A stretch of 64,000 bases of DNA from Limnochordia bacterium. GTDB lineage: Bacteria; Bacillota; Limnochordia; DTU080; RSA5. The stretch lies in contig JAWLDA010000007.1 of the NCBI GenBank assembly GCA_041686855.1, positions 144,977 to 208,976 on the forward strand. Reading direction: 5' to 3'. The position numbers and the translations under genes are program-made. The notes under the pieces are model-generated. The model was given only the letters and a program-made list of their open reading frames with translations, had not been told where the DNA came from and ran no database searches. Positions 27,770 through 38,246 of the stretch are shown here, one piece after another (within the stretch, counting starts at the first letter, position 1; each line of letters starts with the position of its first letter).

Positions 27770-29893
27770 CTACCCCCTCGGTGTGACCAATAGCCAAGGA
27801 TCGCTATGTATTCCACGCTCGAGGCGCGCTCGAGCCTCACGAGCGTTCGTATGAATGCTCGTGGCTTGGACCAAGTTGTAAAGAGTCACTTGAGCTTCGT
27901 CTGGGAGACCCGACATCGCTGCAGCAGCGGACCGATCGGAGCTGGCGGTTGTACCCATAGCCGTGCTTGGAATGAATACATACCGAGATTTTGTCGAGGT
28001 CACTGCACACAGCTCAGACGATGTACTGTCGGCGTCGTCGGTATTTGCACGAAGTGTCAGCGACGCGCGTGAGGCAAAGAGAAGCGAATTGAGGGTGCGC
28101 AAAACATTAAATGCCGGACGGGGGTTGCACACCGTGTCGAGCAGGCCGTGGGTGACGTCCATGGTGCGGTCCAAATCGACCAGAGGTTCGACGTACACCC
28201 GAGTCTGGGGCGCCATGCTCTCAACCTGCAACAGTGCTCGGGCCACGCGATGTGCGTTCTCCTCATCATCGTCGCCGCTCAACTGGACAAGCAGGTCGAG
28301 ACCGCCGATCCGTTGCAACGGCCCCACCTCGGCGTCAAGCTCTGGGGGCAGACAGACCACACGATCTACATGGACGTCGCACTCCCCGAACCAGGCGTCA
28401 AGCTGTGCGAGTTCCTCGGGCCGAAACGCCCGGCGCGTGCGGGCGTGTTGTTTCCCCTCGACCCGCTCCCCGGTGATGACGGGAGCCAAACCGATCGGAA
28501 TCCCATACGCTTCCCTGGCAGTCGCCAGCGCTTGCAGGCATTCCACGCTCGGCCGGCCGTCCGGAATCCACACCTCCCACGCGTCCACCGCCTGTCCATG
28601 GAGAGCGAGCAGACTCGTGAAATGCTCGGGGGATTCCCAAATCGACGTCGCGGTAATGTGAACCCCTTCTCCACGCAATACCTCTAAGCGAGCACGCTGA
28701 AACGAGTCGTCGAGGTCCTGCCACGTAGCCCGTGCGTAGCGGACTCCCGCCTCCAAGATGGCAAGCAAGGGATAATCGTTGCGCGCCGGTTGGCGCACTG
28801 CCGACGGCCAGACGAGTGGTACCTGGCCCGCAGCAGAGAGTGGGTGAATGAGCGAGATGCCGACCGGCGACTCAGGCAGGGATCGAGTGGTGCGGGTGAG
28901 CAAAAGACGGTCCGACTCCGTCCCTTGAGCACCGTGCATTCCCGGGGCTTGGACCACAGAGGTGGCGCCGCCGGTGCGAATCAAATGTAACTCGAGGCCG
29001 GCGGCGGTGGCTCGGGCAAGGTAAAAGCCCAACTTCCCGGTGTCGTCTCGTCCCCGCTCGGGAGGCGCCGCGGACGTGAAAATGTGGGGGAAACCCGGCC
29101 GGGTAAATGCCGGAGAGAGGACCGTGAGGTAACGCGTCGCCCCTCGTCGATCGTAAAAGCTAAAGTGAACGTGGCCTGAGAAGACCCATTCAACCCTATG
29201 GGACTCCAGTAACTCGACCAGGCGCCCACGAGCAGGCTCTGAGATGTTGTCGTAATGCCCAAGCCCCGGCTCGCCTACATCAAAGATGTACGGCGGCATG
29301 TGGACGAAGACCAGAGTCGGCCGACCGGCGTTAGATTGCAAGTCCGCCTCGAGCCACGTAAACTGCTCAGCTTCCTGAGGCAATTCGGCATTGAAGAGTT
29401 GCCCGTTCAAGATAACAAAGTGGTAGCCGCCGGCGTCGAAACTGTACCACGATGTACCAAACCATTCGTGATACTCGTCCAACCACTCTCGACGGATCGG
29501 CAGATCGACCAGAGTCGGATCGGGCTTGTCCCCCACATCATGGTTGCCGCTTACCCACTTCACGTCGGCATCGAGCGCAGTCCACAGCGCCCGCGCTCGC
29601 TCGCGGGACTCGTTGAAGTTGGGGCTACCGGGGAACTCTTGGACCAGATCGCCTAAATGAACGATAAGAGGTACGTCCAACGCGGCGATCAGCGCCCGGG
29701 CCACCTCTGAACGGGCGCTCTGAGTGAGTCGCGACGAAAACTCCACTCGCCCGCTCTTGGGCACCTGCATGTAGTGGGTGTCGGAGATAATCACAAACTC
29801 AAACGCTGCGTCGGGCAGGAGGGTGTGATCAAAGGTGATTCCCGAAGCGTCCGCCGTCCCTGGCCTAATATCTGCTACATCCTTGTCGCTCAC
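27770..29893 (-). CDS. Fusion protein: N-terminal calcineurin-like metallophosphoesterase, C-terminal domain of unknown function of about 400 aa
   Basis: N-terminal MPE motifs in order (ISDTHY, GDLV, GNHD, FVHMPP, GHVH). The C-terminal 400 aa has no motif I recognise. Confidence 0.6.
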   Translation of the reverse strand: MSDKDVADIRPGTADASGITFDHTLLPDAAFEFVIISDTHYMQVPKSGRVEFSSRLTQSARSEVARALIAALDVPLIVHLGDLVQEFPGSPNFNESRERARALWTALDADVKWVSGNHDVGDKPDPTLVDLPIRREWLDEYHEWFGTSWYSFDAGGYHFVILNGQLFNAELPQEAEQFTWLEADLQSNAGRPTLVFVHMPPYIFDVGEPGLGHYDNISEPARGRLVELLESHRVEWVFSGHVHFSFYDRRGATRYLTVLSPAFTRPGFPHIFTSAAPPERGRDDTGKLGFYLARATAAGLELHLIRTGGATSVVQAPGMHGAQGTESDRLLLTRTTRSLPESPVGISLIHPLSAAGQVPLVWPSAVRQPARNDYPLLAILEAGVRYARATWQDLDDSFQRARLEVLRGEGVHITATSIWESPEHFTSLLALHGQAVDAWEVWIPDGRPSVECLQALATAREAYGIPIGLAPVITGERVEGKQHARTRRAFRPEELAQLDAWFGECDVHVDRVVCLPPELDAEVGPLQRIGGLDLLVQLSGDDDEENAHRVARALLQVESMAPQTRVYVEPLVDLDRTMDVTHGLLDTVCNPRPAFNVLRTLNSLLFASRASLTLRANTDDADSTSSELCAVTSTKSRYVFIPSTAMGTTASSDRSAAAAMSGLPDEAQVTLYNLVQATSIHTNAREARARLERGIHSDPWLLVTPRG

Positions 29894-30160
29894 AACGAGT
29901 CAACCGCCCCTTGTTTCAGTCGGACTCACATATTTCGAGTCGATGAAAATCGATCATGCATTCTATAAAGCGTTTTTTGACGTCACCATGGCGCCCCCCT
30001 GCCGAGCACACGCAACTAACAGGGAAGTTTAGCGATATTCCCATCTTCTGATATGTGAGAGAACGATCACGTGTACAGGGCACGCGAGCGCCCAGCCGGC
30101 TTGGGCCGTGCGCTCGCGCAAGGATCCTGGTAATCGTGGAGGGTTGTCGCTTATGCCTTG

Positions 30161-31453
30161 CTAATCCACCACTCCGGCGTCCCGCAGGTACTGGGTCAAC
30201 TGCCTATCTGCTTCCGCCAGAGAGGCCTCAGGAGTTGACTCGTTTGAAGCGACTCGGGCCCAAGCGGCGTTCAGTTCTCTCAGCACAATTCCCCAAAACG
30301 GCGGCCGGAAGTGCTGCTGATCGGCAATTTGAATGAAACTTGCCAGTCCCGGATCGGCCCGTTGAATCGCACCGGCCACGGTGTCTTTACGCGTCGGCAT
30401 ACTCCCGGAGAGTTCAAAGAAGCGCAACTGAACCTCAGCGCTTGCCAGGTAATTGATCAGGCGCTTCAACGGCTCAGTCATCTCCACGCCCTTTGGCACG
30501 ACATGTGACCAGCCGCCCATCCAACCCCCGGGCGATCCATTTGCAGAGTGCGGGTGGTGACCCACCTTGAAATTGAGATTCGGATTCACCTGGCGGTAGG
30601 CGTTGAGCGACGCGCTCGCATCTGCGACCATACCGAGGCGATTCTGCGCAAAGGCGCCCTGATAGTTTCTCGACGCTGCGATAAAGTCGCGCACAACGTC
30701 GACCGGGTAACGCGTGCTATACTCTTCCAACCATGTATACGCCGCCACGTTATTCGGATGGTCAAGGGAGGGGCGCCCCTCGGCGTCGTAGATTTGCCCC
30801 CCGTGGTTCCAGATATCCCCGGCTCGACCGAAGTTTCCTGCCCACGGAACGTAGCCCAGTTGGGTGAATTGCCCGTCTCCATCCGTTCGAGTCATACGCG
30901 CTGCAAACGTATCGAGTTCATCGAGCGTCTGCGGGCCAGCCTCCGCGTCAAGTCCCGACGCCGCCAGAACATCGACGTTCCACACGAGCCCTCGGGTCCC
31001 TGTCCCCCATGGAACGGCCCAGGTTTTGCCCAGGTGTACCGCTTCCCCGGCGGTGCCGGGCAGAAACTGATCCATCTGATTCTCTGGCTCCAGCACGTCG
31101 TCTAGAGGCTGGAACGAGTCGGCGGTAAGCACCCAATCGCCTACAAACGAGCGCTCAAAATGTACGACGTCGGGGGCGATATCGGAGGCGATCGCGAGGA
31201 GCAACTTCTCCTCCATCCCTCCACGTCCTCCGGAAGCGCCTGTGCTGAAGTGCTCAATCTCCACCGTGACGCCGGGATTTTGCTCTTCAAAGGTCTTGAG
31301 AATTTCTCGGATTGCCGTCCCCTCGGCCCGTGACTCGCCCATCCACGTCCAGTAGTGCAGCGTTGTGGCCGCGCTCGTGGACCCTATCGCGAGGAGCAGA
31401 ATCAACCCGCTGATCAGCGTAACCCAGAGCGCTCTTTGAGATCTCGATTTCAA
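30161..31453 (-). CDS. ABC transporter extracellular solute-binding protein (family 1), signal peptide
   Basis: MKSRSQRALWVTLISGLILLLAIGSTSAA, then the HYWTWMG... core. Confidence 0.8.
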   Translation of the reverse strand: MKSRSQRALWVTLISGLILLLAIGSTSAATTLHYWTWMGESRAEGTAIREILKTFEEQNPGVTVEIEHFSTGASGGRGGMEEKLLLAIASDIAPDVVHFERSFVGDWVLTADSFQPLDDVLEPENQMDQFLPGTAGEAVHLGKTWAVPWGTGTRGLVWNVDVLAASGLDAEAGPQTLDELDTFAARMTRTDGDGQFTQLGYVPWAGNFGRAGDIWNHGGQIYDAEGRPSLDHPNNVAAYTWLEEYSTRYPVDVVRDFIAASRNYQGAFAQNRLGMVADASASLNAYRQVNPNLNFKVGHHPHSANGSPGGWMGGWSHVVPKGVEMTEPLKRLINYLASAEVQLRFFELSGSMPTRKDTVAGAIQRADPGLASFIQIADQQHFRPPFWGIVLRELNAAWARVASNESTPEASLAEADRQLTQYLRDAGVVD

Positions 31454-31503
31454 TTTCTATTCGCTCCTTTCAAAAACTTCTCTGCTTATTGTTAAATCAC
31501 ACG

Positions 31504-32922
31504 CTAGAAGCCCGCGAAGTGGGGCGTGTCGCCACGATCAGGACCGATAGCCCGCAACTGCCCTTTTCCGGTCACCGGCTGTCGCACACCATCGACGGCC
31601 GGATCCACATACTGCTGGAACCACGAATCCAAATCTGCCCGCATCGTAGCGAGGATCGACGCACATCGGCACTCATCGATCAGGTTGTGTCGTTCATCCG
31701 GATCATTCTTAAGGTCGTAGAGCTCGTGAGGGCCGTACGGATACCGGTGAACGTACTTCCACCCTTTCGTGCGCAGCATCCGCACCGGTCCGTACTCGTC
31801 GAACACGATCACTTTGCGCTCCTGATCATCGCCCAAGTTGTGACCGTTTAATAACGACGCAAAGCTGTGACCCGGCAGGTGCGACGCATCATATTGATCG
31901 CCGTACCCCAAGAAATCGAGAAGCGTAGGCATAACATCGTAACCACTCAGCAAGTCGTCATTCACACCCCCCTGTGGAACGCGGCCCGGCTGAGAGATGA
32001 TCGCCGGTACCTTCACAGACGTGTCGTACATGTTGAGAGGGAATGTCCCATTACCCTTGCCCCATATCCCGTGGTGGCCGCAGTTGAACCCGTTGTCGCT
32101 TGTGAAAAAGACGAGGGTGTTTTCGCGCAATCCTTGAGCTTCAAGGGTGTCCAAGAGTCGACCGATATTAAGATCCATCGCGGTGACCGCAGCGAAGTAC
32201 CCTTTGAGGCTCTCACGCCGGTTCTCTCGGGCCTGGGGAATACCGATTCCAGGACCAGTCCATGGGTGCGCCGGCTCCTCGGGGCACGACTCAAAAGGGC
32301 AATCATCGTAGGAGGCGACGATCTCAGGGGGATGATTGTCAATCCAAGGGCTGTGTGGCGCGGTGTAATGAACGCTGAGGTAAAAGGGCTCAGCCGCCCC
32401 CGCCTGATTCATTATGAATTGGCAGGCATCGTCGGTGATCACGTCGGTGACGTACCCCGGTTCGTTCACGAGTTCCCCATTGCGAATCATTGGCGCGTTG
32501 TAGTAAGGGCCGCCGCCCTTCTCGTGTACGAACCAGTGAGTGAATGGCTTCTGCGGTCGGGCGCTATCGCCCAAATGCCACTTCCCGCTGAACCCGCAGA
32601 CATACCCTTGTGCAGCGAGCACATCGGTGTAAGCACGTTGGCCTTTGAGGTACTCTACCGTGTGCTCGCCATAATTGCCCTCTCTTATCCAGTCGTGCAC
32701 ACCGTGTTGTGACGGAATTTTGCCGGTCATGAGCGAGGCGCGCGCTGGAGAGCAAACAGGCGAAACGCAGAAAAAGTTCTCGAAGCGCATGCCTGTGGCT
32801 GCGAGACGATCGAGGTTAGGAGTGCGAATCTCGGGATTTCCAGCGCACCCCATCGCCCATGGCCCTTGATCATCGGACAGGATAAACAAAACATTCGGTC
32901 GGAGAGAGTCTCGACTGGCCAT
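31504..32922 (-). CDS. Sulfatase (Cys-type), cytoplasmic
   Basis: MASRDSLRPNVLFILSDDQG...PVCSPARASLMTG. GGAGG 11 nt upstream of the ATG at 32922. The six-frame ORF is extended by 24 codons. No signal peptide. Confidence 0.8.
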   Translation of the reverse strand: MASRDSLRPNVLFILSDDQGPWAMGCAGNPEIRTPNLDRLAATGMRFENFFCVSPVCSPARASLMTGKIPSQHGVHDWIREGNYGEHTVEYLKGQRAYTDVLAAQGYVCGFSGKWHLGDSARPQKPFTHWFVHEKGGGPYYNAPMIRNGELVNEPGYVTDVITDDACQFIMNQAGAAEPFYLSVHYTAPHSPWIDNHPPEIVASYDDCPFESCPEEPAHPWTGPGIGIPQARENRRESLKGYFAAVTAMDLNIGRLLDTLEAQGLRENTLVFFTSDNGFNCGHHGIWGKGNGTFPLNMYDTSVKVPAIISQPGRVPQGGVNDDLLSGYDVMPTLLDFLGYGDQYDASHLPGHSFASLLNGHNLGDDQERKVIVFDEYGPVRMLRTKGWKYVHRYPYGPHELYDLKNDPDERHNLIDECRCASILATMRADLDSWFQQYVDPAVDGVRQPVTGKGQLRAIGPDRGDTPHFAGF

Positions 32923-32938
32923 ACTCAATCCACCTCCA

Positions 32939-34348
32939 CTAAAACCCCGACATCCGCTCTGGCATCGGATCCATGGTAAAGACTCGCGCATCAAAGCAGC
33001 GTTTCATCATCTCAAAGCATAGTTCGGAGTAGCGCGGGTCGTCCCAAAGGTTCTCAAACTCTTGCGGGTCGTTCTCCAAATCGTACAACTCACCCAAGCG
33101 CTCGTTGTGATAGACGACGATCTTGTATCGCCGATCACGCCACATGGTCTGGTACGCCTGGTAGCGATCGGGCGCGTTGGCCGGTGGAGTAGAATTGTAG
33201 TACTCCGAGTAGACACCCTCCCGATGCTCGTGGAGCGGGCTCTCCCCCATCAATAGCGACTGCAGCGACCGCCCCTGCATGCGCCGAGGCACGGGGTCTC
33301 CCAACAACTCGTGAATCGTGGGCGCAATGTCGACGAGCTCCACCAACGCGTTGGAGATGCAACCCTGGGGAATGGTGCCAGGCCACGAGAAGATGAGGGG
33401 TACCCTTACGCATCCCTCATAAAAGTAACTCCCTTTGATCATGACGCCGTGATCTCCCAGAGGTTCGCCGTGATCACTTGTGAAGATGATCAGGGTATTC
33501 TCTCGCTCTCCCGTCTCGTACAGCCAGTCAAGGAGCCGACCGATCTCGGCGTCAAGGTGTTCAATCGTAGCGTAGTACGCAGCTACCATTTGGCGCAGCC
33601 TCTGGGCGCCAATCTCATCGTAGCGACGAACGCGATGCGTCAAAGTGATACTGGAGGGCTTCGTCCCCAACTCGCCCTCTCGGTACGCCGGCAAGGGGAG
33701 CGCGTCGATGTCGTAACGTTCAAAGTACTCGTCGAGGTAATCGAAGGGATCGTGTACCGCAAAGGGATTGAGGCTCACCAACCAGGGGCCGTCCCGCTCC
33801 TCTTTCATAAAGTCGAGGGCGCGGTCGACACACCATGTGGTCTGGTGGTAGCGCCGATCGCTCACCCTGCGGCTCTTGGGCACTCCCGAACGCTGATAGA
33901 CGTCTTGGAACGTCTTCCCCTGCTCAGCCAACCAGTTGACCCATTCGCCTCCGTGCTTTGCGGTGGTCCCGTGGCTCCAGTGGAACTTGCGGTATCCATC
34001 ATCAACGCGACTCTCCCAGCCGGAGTCCGCCGAGCGGACGTGCAACTTACCGGCGAGCGCACAGTCGTACCCTTGGTCTCTCAGCGTCCGAGTGATCAGC
34101 ACCTCATCCTCGGAGATGTTTTGCCCGTTTTGACGGATCCGGTTGGCCGCCGGGTAACGTCCCGTGAGGAAGCTCGTCCGACTCGGTACACAGACGGGGT
34201 TTTGACAGTAGGCATGCGTAAACGCCACTCCCTCTTCCACCAATCGGTCGAGGTTGGGGGTGCGAATGTGAGGATTCCCCAGGGCACGAATAGTATCGAA
34301 ACGCTGGTGCTCTGTGCAAATCCATAGGATGTTGGGCTTCCCTGACAT
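32939..34348 (-). CDS. Sulfatase (Cys-type), cytoplasmic
   Basis: MSGKPNILWICTEHQ...PVCVPSRTSFLTG. AAGGAGAGG Shine-Dalgarno. No signal peptide. Confidence 0.8.
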   Translation of the reverse strand: MSGKPNILWICTEHQRFDTIRALGNPHIRTPNLDRLVEEGVAFTHAYCQNPVCVPSRTSFLTGRYPAANRIRQNGQNISEDEVLITRTLRDQGYDCALAGKLHVRSADSGWESRVDDGYRKFHWSHGTTAKHGGEWVNWLAEQGKTFQDVYQRSGVPKSRRVSDRRYHQTTWCVDRALDFMKEERDGPWLVSLNPFAVHDPFDYLDEYFERYDIDALPLPAYREGELGTKPSSITLTHRVRRYDEIGAQRLRQMVAAYYATIEHLDAEIGRLLDWLYETGERENTLIIFTSDHGEPLGDHGVMIKGSYFYEGCVRVPLIFSWPGTIPQGCISNALVELVDIAPTIHELLGDPVPRRMQGRSLQSLLMGESPLHEHREGVYSEYYNSTPPANAPDRYQAYQTMWRDRRYKIVVYHNERLGELYDLENDPQEFENLWDDPRYSELCFEMMKRCFDARVFTMDPMPERMSGF

Positions 34349-34398
34349 GCGAACTCGCCTCTCCTTATTCCCTCAAAAATCTCGGATAGCGCAGGTGT

Positions 34399-35673
34399 TT
34401 ACGACTCCGGAAAGAGCTCCTCAAAACGAGCCAGCATGTGCTGCTGCACGTCATCCAGCGCTTGACTCGGCGTCTTGGCGCCTGTCACAACGGCGTTGGT
34501 GGCCGGGATCAGCTGTTGTACCAAGTACGCAACCCACAACGGTGTGCGCGCATTGATCTCGCCGAGCTGCTCTAGGAGCGGGTGATACTCTACAGGTAGG
34601 CGCTCTGCTAATCCTCCCCACGCCGCGGTGTTCGCCGGGAGTTGGGCCTGAAGCGCCGAGTTTGAAGCTACCGTAGCATCAAACCAAGCCTCCTGCGTCT
34701 CAGCGCTGCCGAGGTGTCTGAGGAAGCGAAGGGCCGCATCCTTGTTGGGCGCGTTGTGAGGAACGACAAAGCCACCGCCGCCTCCCCATGTCCCGTTACG
34801 CCCGCCGGAAGCGTGCGGCACACGACCTGTGGTAAAGGCGACACCTTGGTCAAGAAAGCGTGGAATCGTCACGTTCGCATGGGCAACCATGCCGAGTGAG
34901 CCATTCGCGAAGCTCTCCTGCCAGCGGGCGACAGGCCAAAGCGTGCCGTCGAAGCGCTTGCCCCATTCCGCCATCCATTCAAACGCGGCGAGGTTCTTTG
35001 GATCGTTGGCCGTCGGCCGTGTGCCGCTTTCGTCGACCAACTCCCCTCCAAACGCCCACATCCAACCGGCTGCGTACCAGTTTCCTTCCCAGGGAACAAA
35101 GCCGACTCGCGCGTAACTCCCGTCGTTGTTGGTGCGTGTCATCCGCATCGACCACTCTTCGAGCTCTTCGAGCGTCGCCGGGTCTTCGCTGGGATCGAGT
35201 CCGCTTTGACCAAACGCGTCGACGTTCTTAAACAATCCCCGGACCACCGTGCGGTACGGCGACGCCCACAACTTGCCGTCGTACGTCGCCTCCCCTGTAT
35301 CGCCCGGATTAAATGTGTATCCCTCGAGTGTGCGCGTGACGTCCGTCAAGAGCCCTCGGGCTGCGAACTCTTTCACCTCACCACCCGAGATCCACGCCAC
35401 CGATGGCGCTACATCGGTGGCAATGGCGATCTGCAACTTCTCCATATACTCCGTCGTGCTTCCGGAGATGACGTTGATCTCTACGTCCGTACCCGGATTC
35501 GCCTGACGAAATGTATCGAGGCCCGCGTTGATCCCGATCTCATCCGTGTGCTGAAATACCCAGACGCTCAACGGCTCGGCCAACGCCGAAAGCGAGAGCA
35601 AAGTGAGCAACACGAGCGTGACAAAGCCGGCACAAATCCATCGAGCACTGCGGTTTTGATTCACTTGGGTCAC
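34399..35673 (-). CDS. ABC transporter extracellular solute-binding protein (family 1), signal peptide
   Basis: Signal peptide ...LLTLLSLSALAEP, then an SBP core. 8-bp gap to the upstream sulfatase. Confidence 0.8.
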   Translation of the reverse strand: MTQVNQNRSARWICAGFVTLVLLTLLSLSALAEPLSVWVFQHTDEIGINAGLDTFRQANPGTDVEINVISGSTTEYMEKLQIAIATDVAPSVAWISGGEVKEFAARGLLTDVTRTLEGYTFNPGDTGEATYDGKLWASPYRTVVRGLFKNVDAFGQSGLDPSEDPATLEELEEWSMRMTRTNNDGSYARVGFVPWEGNWYAAGWMWAFGGELVDESGTRPTANDPKNLAAFEWMAEWGKRFDGTLWPVARWQESFANGSLGMVAHANVTIPRFLDQGVAFTTGRVPHASGGRNGTWGGGGGFVVPHNAPNKDAALRFLRHLGSAETQEAWFDATVASNSALQAQLPANTAAWGGLAERLPVEYHPLLEQLGEINARTPLWVAYLVQQLIPATNAVVTGAKTPSQALDDVQQHMLARFEELFPES

Positions 35674-35681
35674 CCTTTCTA

Positions 35682-37157
35682 CTAAGAAACACCTTGGAAC
35701 TCGTTGACACCGGCAGGGAATTGCCAGCGGTCAGACTCTTTGGGACGAACCGTGCGTCGCCACTCAAGCGTAAACTCCCGCTCGAATCTGCGGCGCTCGA
35801 CGACGCGGGCGATCCGCTCCGGATCCCAGCCTTCATTCACCTGCGCGAGGAGCTCAGCTCGAATAGCCGCCGCGGACTCTGACTCACCGAGGTCAGTCAT
35901 CTCTTGGGGGTCGTCCTCCAGATTAAAGAGTTGGGGGTGTTCGTAGCCGTGGTACGCGTTTAGCTTCCAGGGTCCGCTCCGAATCATCCGGCTCACAGGC
36001 ATCCCCGCCTCCGGAGGATACATCTCCGCAAACGCCGGCCGCGGCTCCAATGCGCTCTCATGGCTTCCTAACGCTAACGCCGGCGCCAGGCTCCGACCCC
36101 GCGCGAACGGCAGTGTGCGAGCGCCGGCTAGGTCGATACACGTGGGTCCAACATCAAGGAGGCTCGAGACTCCTTGGCGGACGACGCCCGCCTCAAACCG
36201 CCCCGGCCATGACCAGATCATAGGCACACCTACCGAAGCCTCATAGAGGCTCTCCTTCCACCAGATGCCGTGTTCGCCAGCCATCTCCCCATGATCAGAG
36301 ATGTAGGCGATCGCGGTGTTGTCTTTCTGCCCTATCTGCTGGAGAGCGCCCACCACCTCGCCGATGCGCTCATCAAGGTAGGTGACCATCCCGTAGTAAG
36401 CGGCCAGCGCGGCCCGTGCCTGATCGGAGGTGATTTTGTCGACCCCACGAGCCTTACGCCAGTGGCGCATCGCCGGGTGGAGGCGATCGGAGTACCCATC
36501 AGGGATCGACGGCAGCGACACCTTATCCATGTACTCGTCAAAGAGCGGCTTGGGGCAAACGTACGGACAGTGTGGCAACAGGTAGCCGACCACGAGGCAG
36601 AACGGTCGCTCCTCACCGCTTTGAGCCCGTTCGTGCAGAAATTGAACAGCCCGCTGTGTCACGGCGTCATCGTACGCGGTGTAGGTGCAGTATCCTGCTC
36701 CCACAGCCTCCATCGTCAGGTAGTTCTGGCCCACGGTCGTTTTGGGAATGACGCCCTCAAACATCCCCTCAGCCGGCATACCGGTCATCGCCCCGCTCAC
36801 GTCGCCGACGAGTCGACGTTCGAATCCGTGGTGCTGATCGTCACCGATAAAGTGCATGCGCCCGCAGAGCACCGTCTCGTAGCCGGCGAGCGAAAGGGCA
36901 TGGGCGAACGTTGGGACGTTGGAAGAGAGTGGGCACGGATTGGTCCAAACCTCGATGTCGGACGGGTATTGCCCCGTAAGGAAGCTCATGCGCGAGGGAG
37001 CACAGAGCGGCGACCCGCAGTAGGTGTTGGCAAATCGCACCCCATCGTGTGCGAGCGCGTCAATGTTTGGCGTACGCACAGTCGGATCGCCGGCGCACCC
37101 CATGATGTGCGGGCTGTGCTGATCGGAGAGGATGATGAGCAGGTTCGGTCTAGTCAT
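35682..37157 (-). CDS. Sulfatase (Cys-type), cytoplasmic
   Basis: MTRPNLLIILSDQHS...PLCAPSRMSFLTG. GGAGGG 10 nt upstream. Paralogue of 7093-8649. Confidence 0.8.
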   Translation of the reverse strand: MTRPNLLIILSDQHSPHIMGCAGDPTVRTPNIDALAHDGVRFANTYCGSPLCAPSRMSFLTGQYPSDIEVWTNPCPLSSNVPTFAHALSLAGYETVLCGRMHFIGDDQHHGFERRLVGDVSGAMTGMPAEGMFEGVIPKTTVGQNYLTMEAVGAGYCTYTAYDDAVTQRAVQFLHERAQSGEERPFCLVVGYLLPHCPYVCPKPLFDEYMDKVSLPSIPDGYSDRLHPAMRHWRKARGVDKITSDQARAALAAYYGMVTYLDERIGEVVGALQQIGQKDNTAIAYISDHGEMAGEHGIWWKESLYEASVGVPMIWSWPGRFEAGVVRQGVSSLLDVGPTCIDLAGARTLPFARGRSLAPALALGSHESALEPRPAFAEMYPPEAGMPVSRMIRSGPWKLNAYHGYEHPQLFNLEDDPQEMTDLGESESAAAIRAELLAQVNEGWDPERIARVVERRRFEREFTLEWRRTVRPKESDRWQFPAGVNEFQGVS

Positions 37158-37266
37158 AGTGAATCTCCCTCCAAGTACCTTTCACACCCACTGCGGCGTG
37201 CACGGTCTCTCGCACCGTCTCCATGCGCGCGCCGACCGAATGTGTAGACTAAACTCGAGATGGACG

Positions 37267-38214
37267 TCAGAGCCGCAGTCGATCGATCCCCTGATCCCAG
37301 TACCGCTCGAGGAGTCCGCCGAGGTACTCACGTGCTTCAGCATCCCAAGCAGAGCCGGCCGGCGAACGTACCGTTGCGTGGTCAATCCATCCCCGGCGGT
37401 GCAACACCTCTTTGATCACCATGCGGCCACCCGAGTGGAGCTCGAAGTCGAGGAGCTCAAGGAAGCGGGCGTGTACCTCCGCGGCTCTCTGGAGATCGCC
37501 GGCCTGGTGTCTGCGCCAGACTTCTGCGAAGAGCTCCGGATAACACGACGACGGCATGGTCCCGATGGCGCCTGAGGTGAGCTCCCACGGAAAGAGGATA
37601 CCGCCCAACCCACCAAAGACGCCGACTCGTTCAAACCCGATCCGTTCACCGATGACACGAATCTTGCGCGATGCGTTGGGAATCTCCACCTTAAGGTAGC
37701 GCACACCAGGGGCCGCCTCCAGGAGCTCTGCCAATTGATCCACCCTCAACTCGATCCCGGCCAGAGGATGGTCCTGTAGAATGATCGGCAGGCGTGTCGC
37801 CTCGCTTAGACGGCCAAAGTACTCGGTGATGGCAGCAGGATCGGCCCGCCACTGGCCAAAGAACGGAGGCATGCACATCACCGCTGCCGCCCCCGCCGCT
37901 TCGGCTGCCCGGGCGTGACCTTCCGCCTGTTTGACGCTATAAGCGTGAAAGGTGACAACAATGGGCACCTGAGCGCCCACTTCGTCGAGCACCGTACCTA
38001 CAATCGCCTTGCGCTCGTCATCGTCGAGGGTGTACCCTTCGCTCGCATTGGCGAGGAGGACCAATCCGTTCGACCCATACTCGACAAGGCGGCGGACCAA
38101 CCGCATGAGACTGGGCACATCGACGTTCTCGTCGGTGTCGAACGGGGTTGCAACAATCGGGAAAAGTCCGGCCAACCTGGTCACGTACACTTCACCATCC
38201 AGTCTGGGATCCAA
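37267..38214 (-). CDS. Dihydrodipicolinate synthase/N-acetylneuraminate lyase family aldolase (likely a 2-keto-3-deoxy-sugar acid aldolase)
   Basis: DHDPS-family fold motifs (FPIVATPF, active-site region ...LKVEIPN...). The annotated start codon is a TTG, so the true start is uncertain. Confidence 0.7.
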   Translation of the reverse strand: MDPRLDGEVYVTRLAGLFPIVATPFDTDENVDVPSLMRLVRRLVEYGSNGLVLLANASEGYTLDDDERKAIVGTVLDEVGAQVPIVVTFHAYSVKQAEGHARAAEAAGAAAVMCMPPFFGQWRADPAAITEYFGRLSEATRLPIILQDHPLAGIELRVDQLAELLEAAPGVRYLKVEIPNASRKIRVIGERIGFERVGVFGGLGGILFPWELTSGAIGTMPSSCYPELFAEVWRRHQAGDLQRAAEVHARFLELLDFELHSGGRMVIKEVLHRRGWIDHATVRSPAGSAWDAEAREYLGGLLERYWDQGIDRLRL

Positions 38215-38246
38215 GAGATCATCGAACCTGCATCGTTCTTCTAGGG

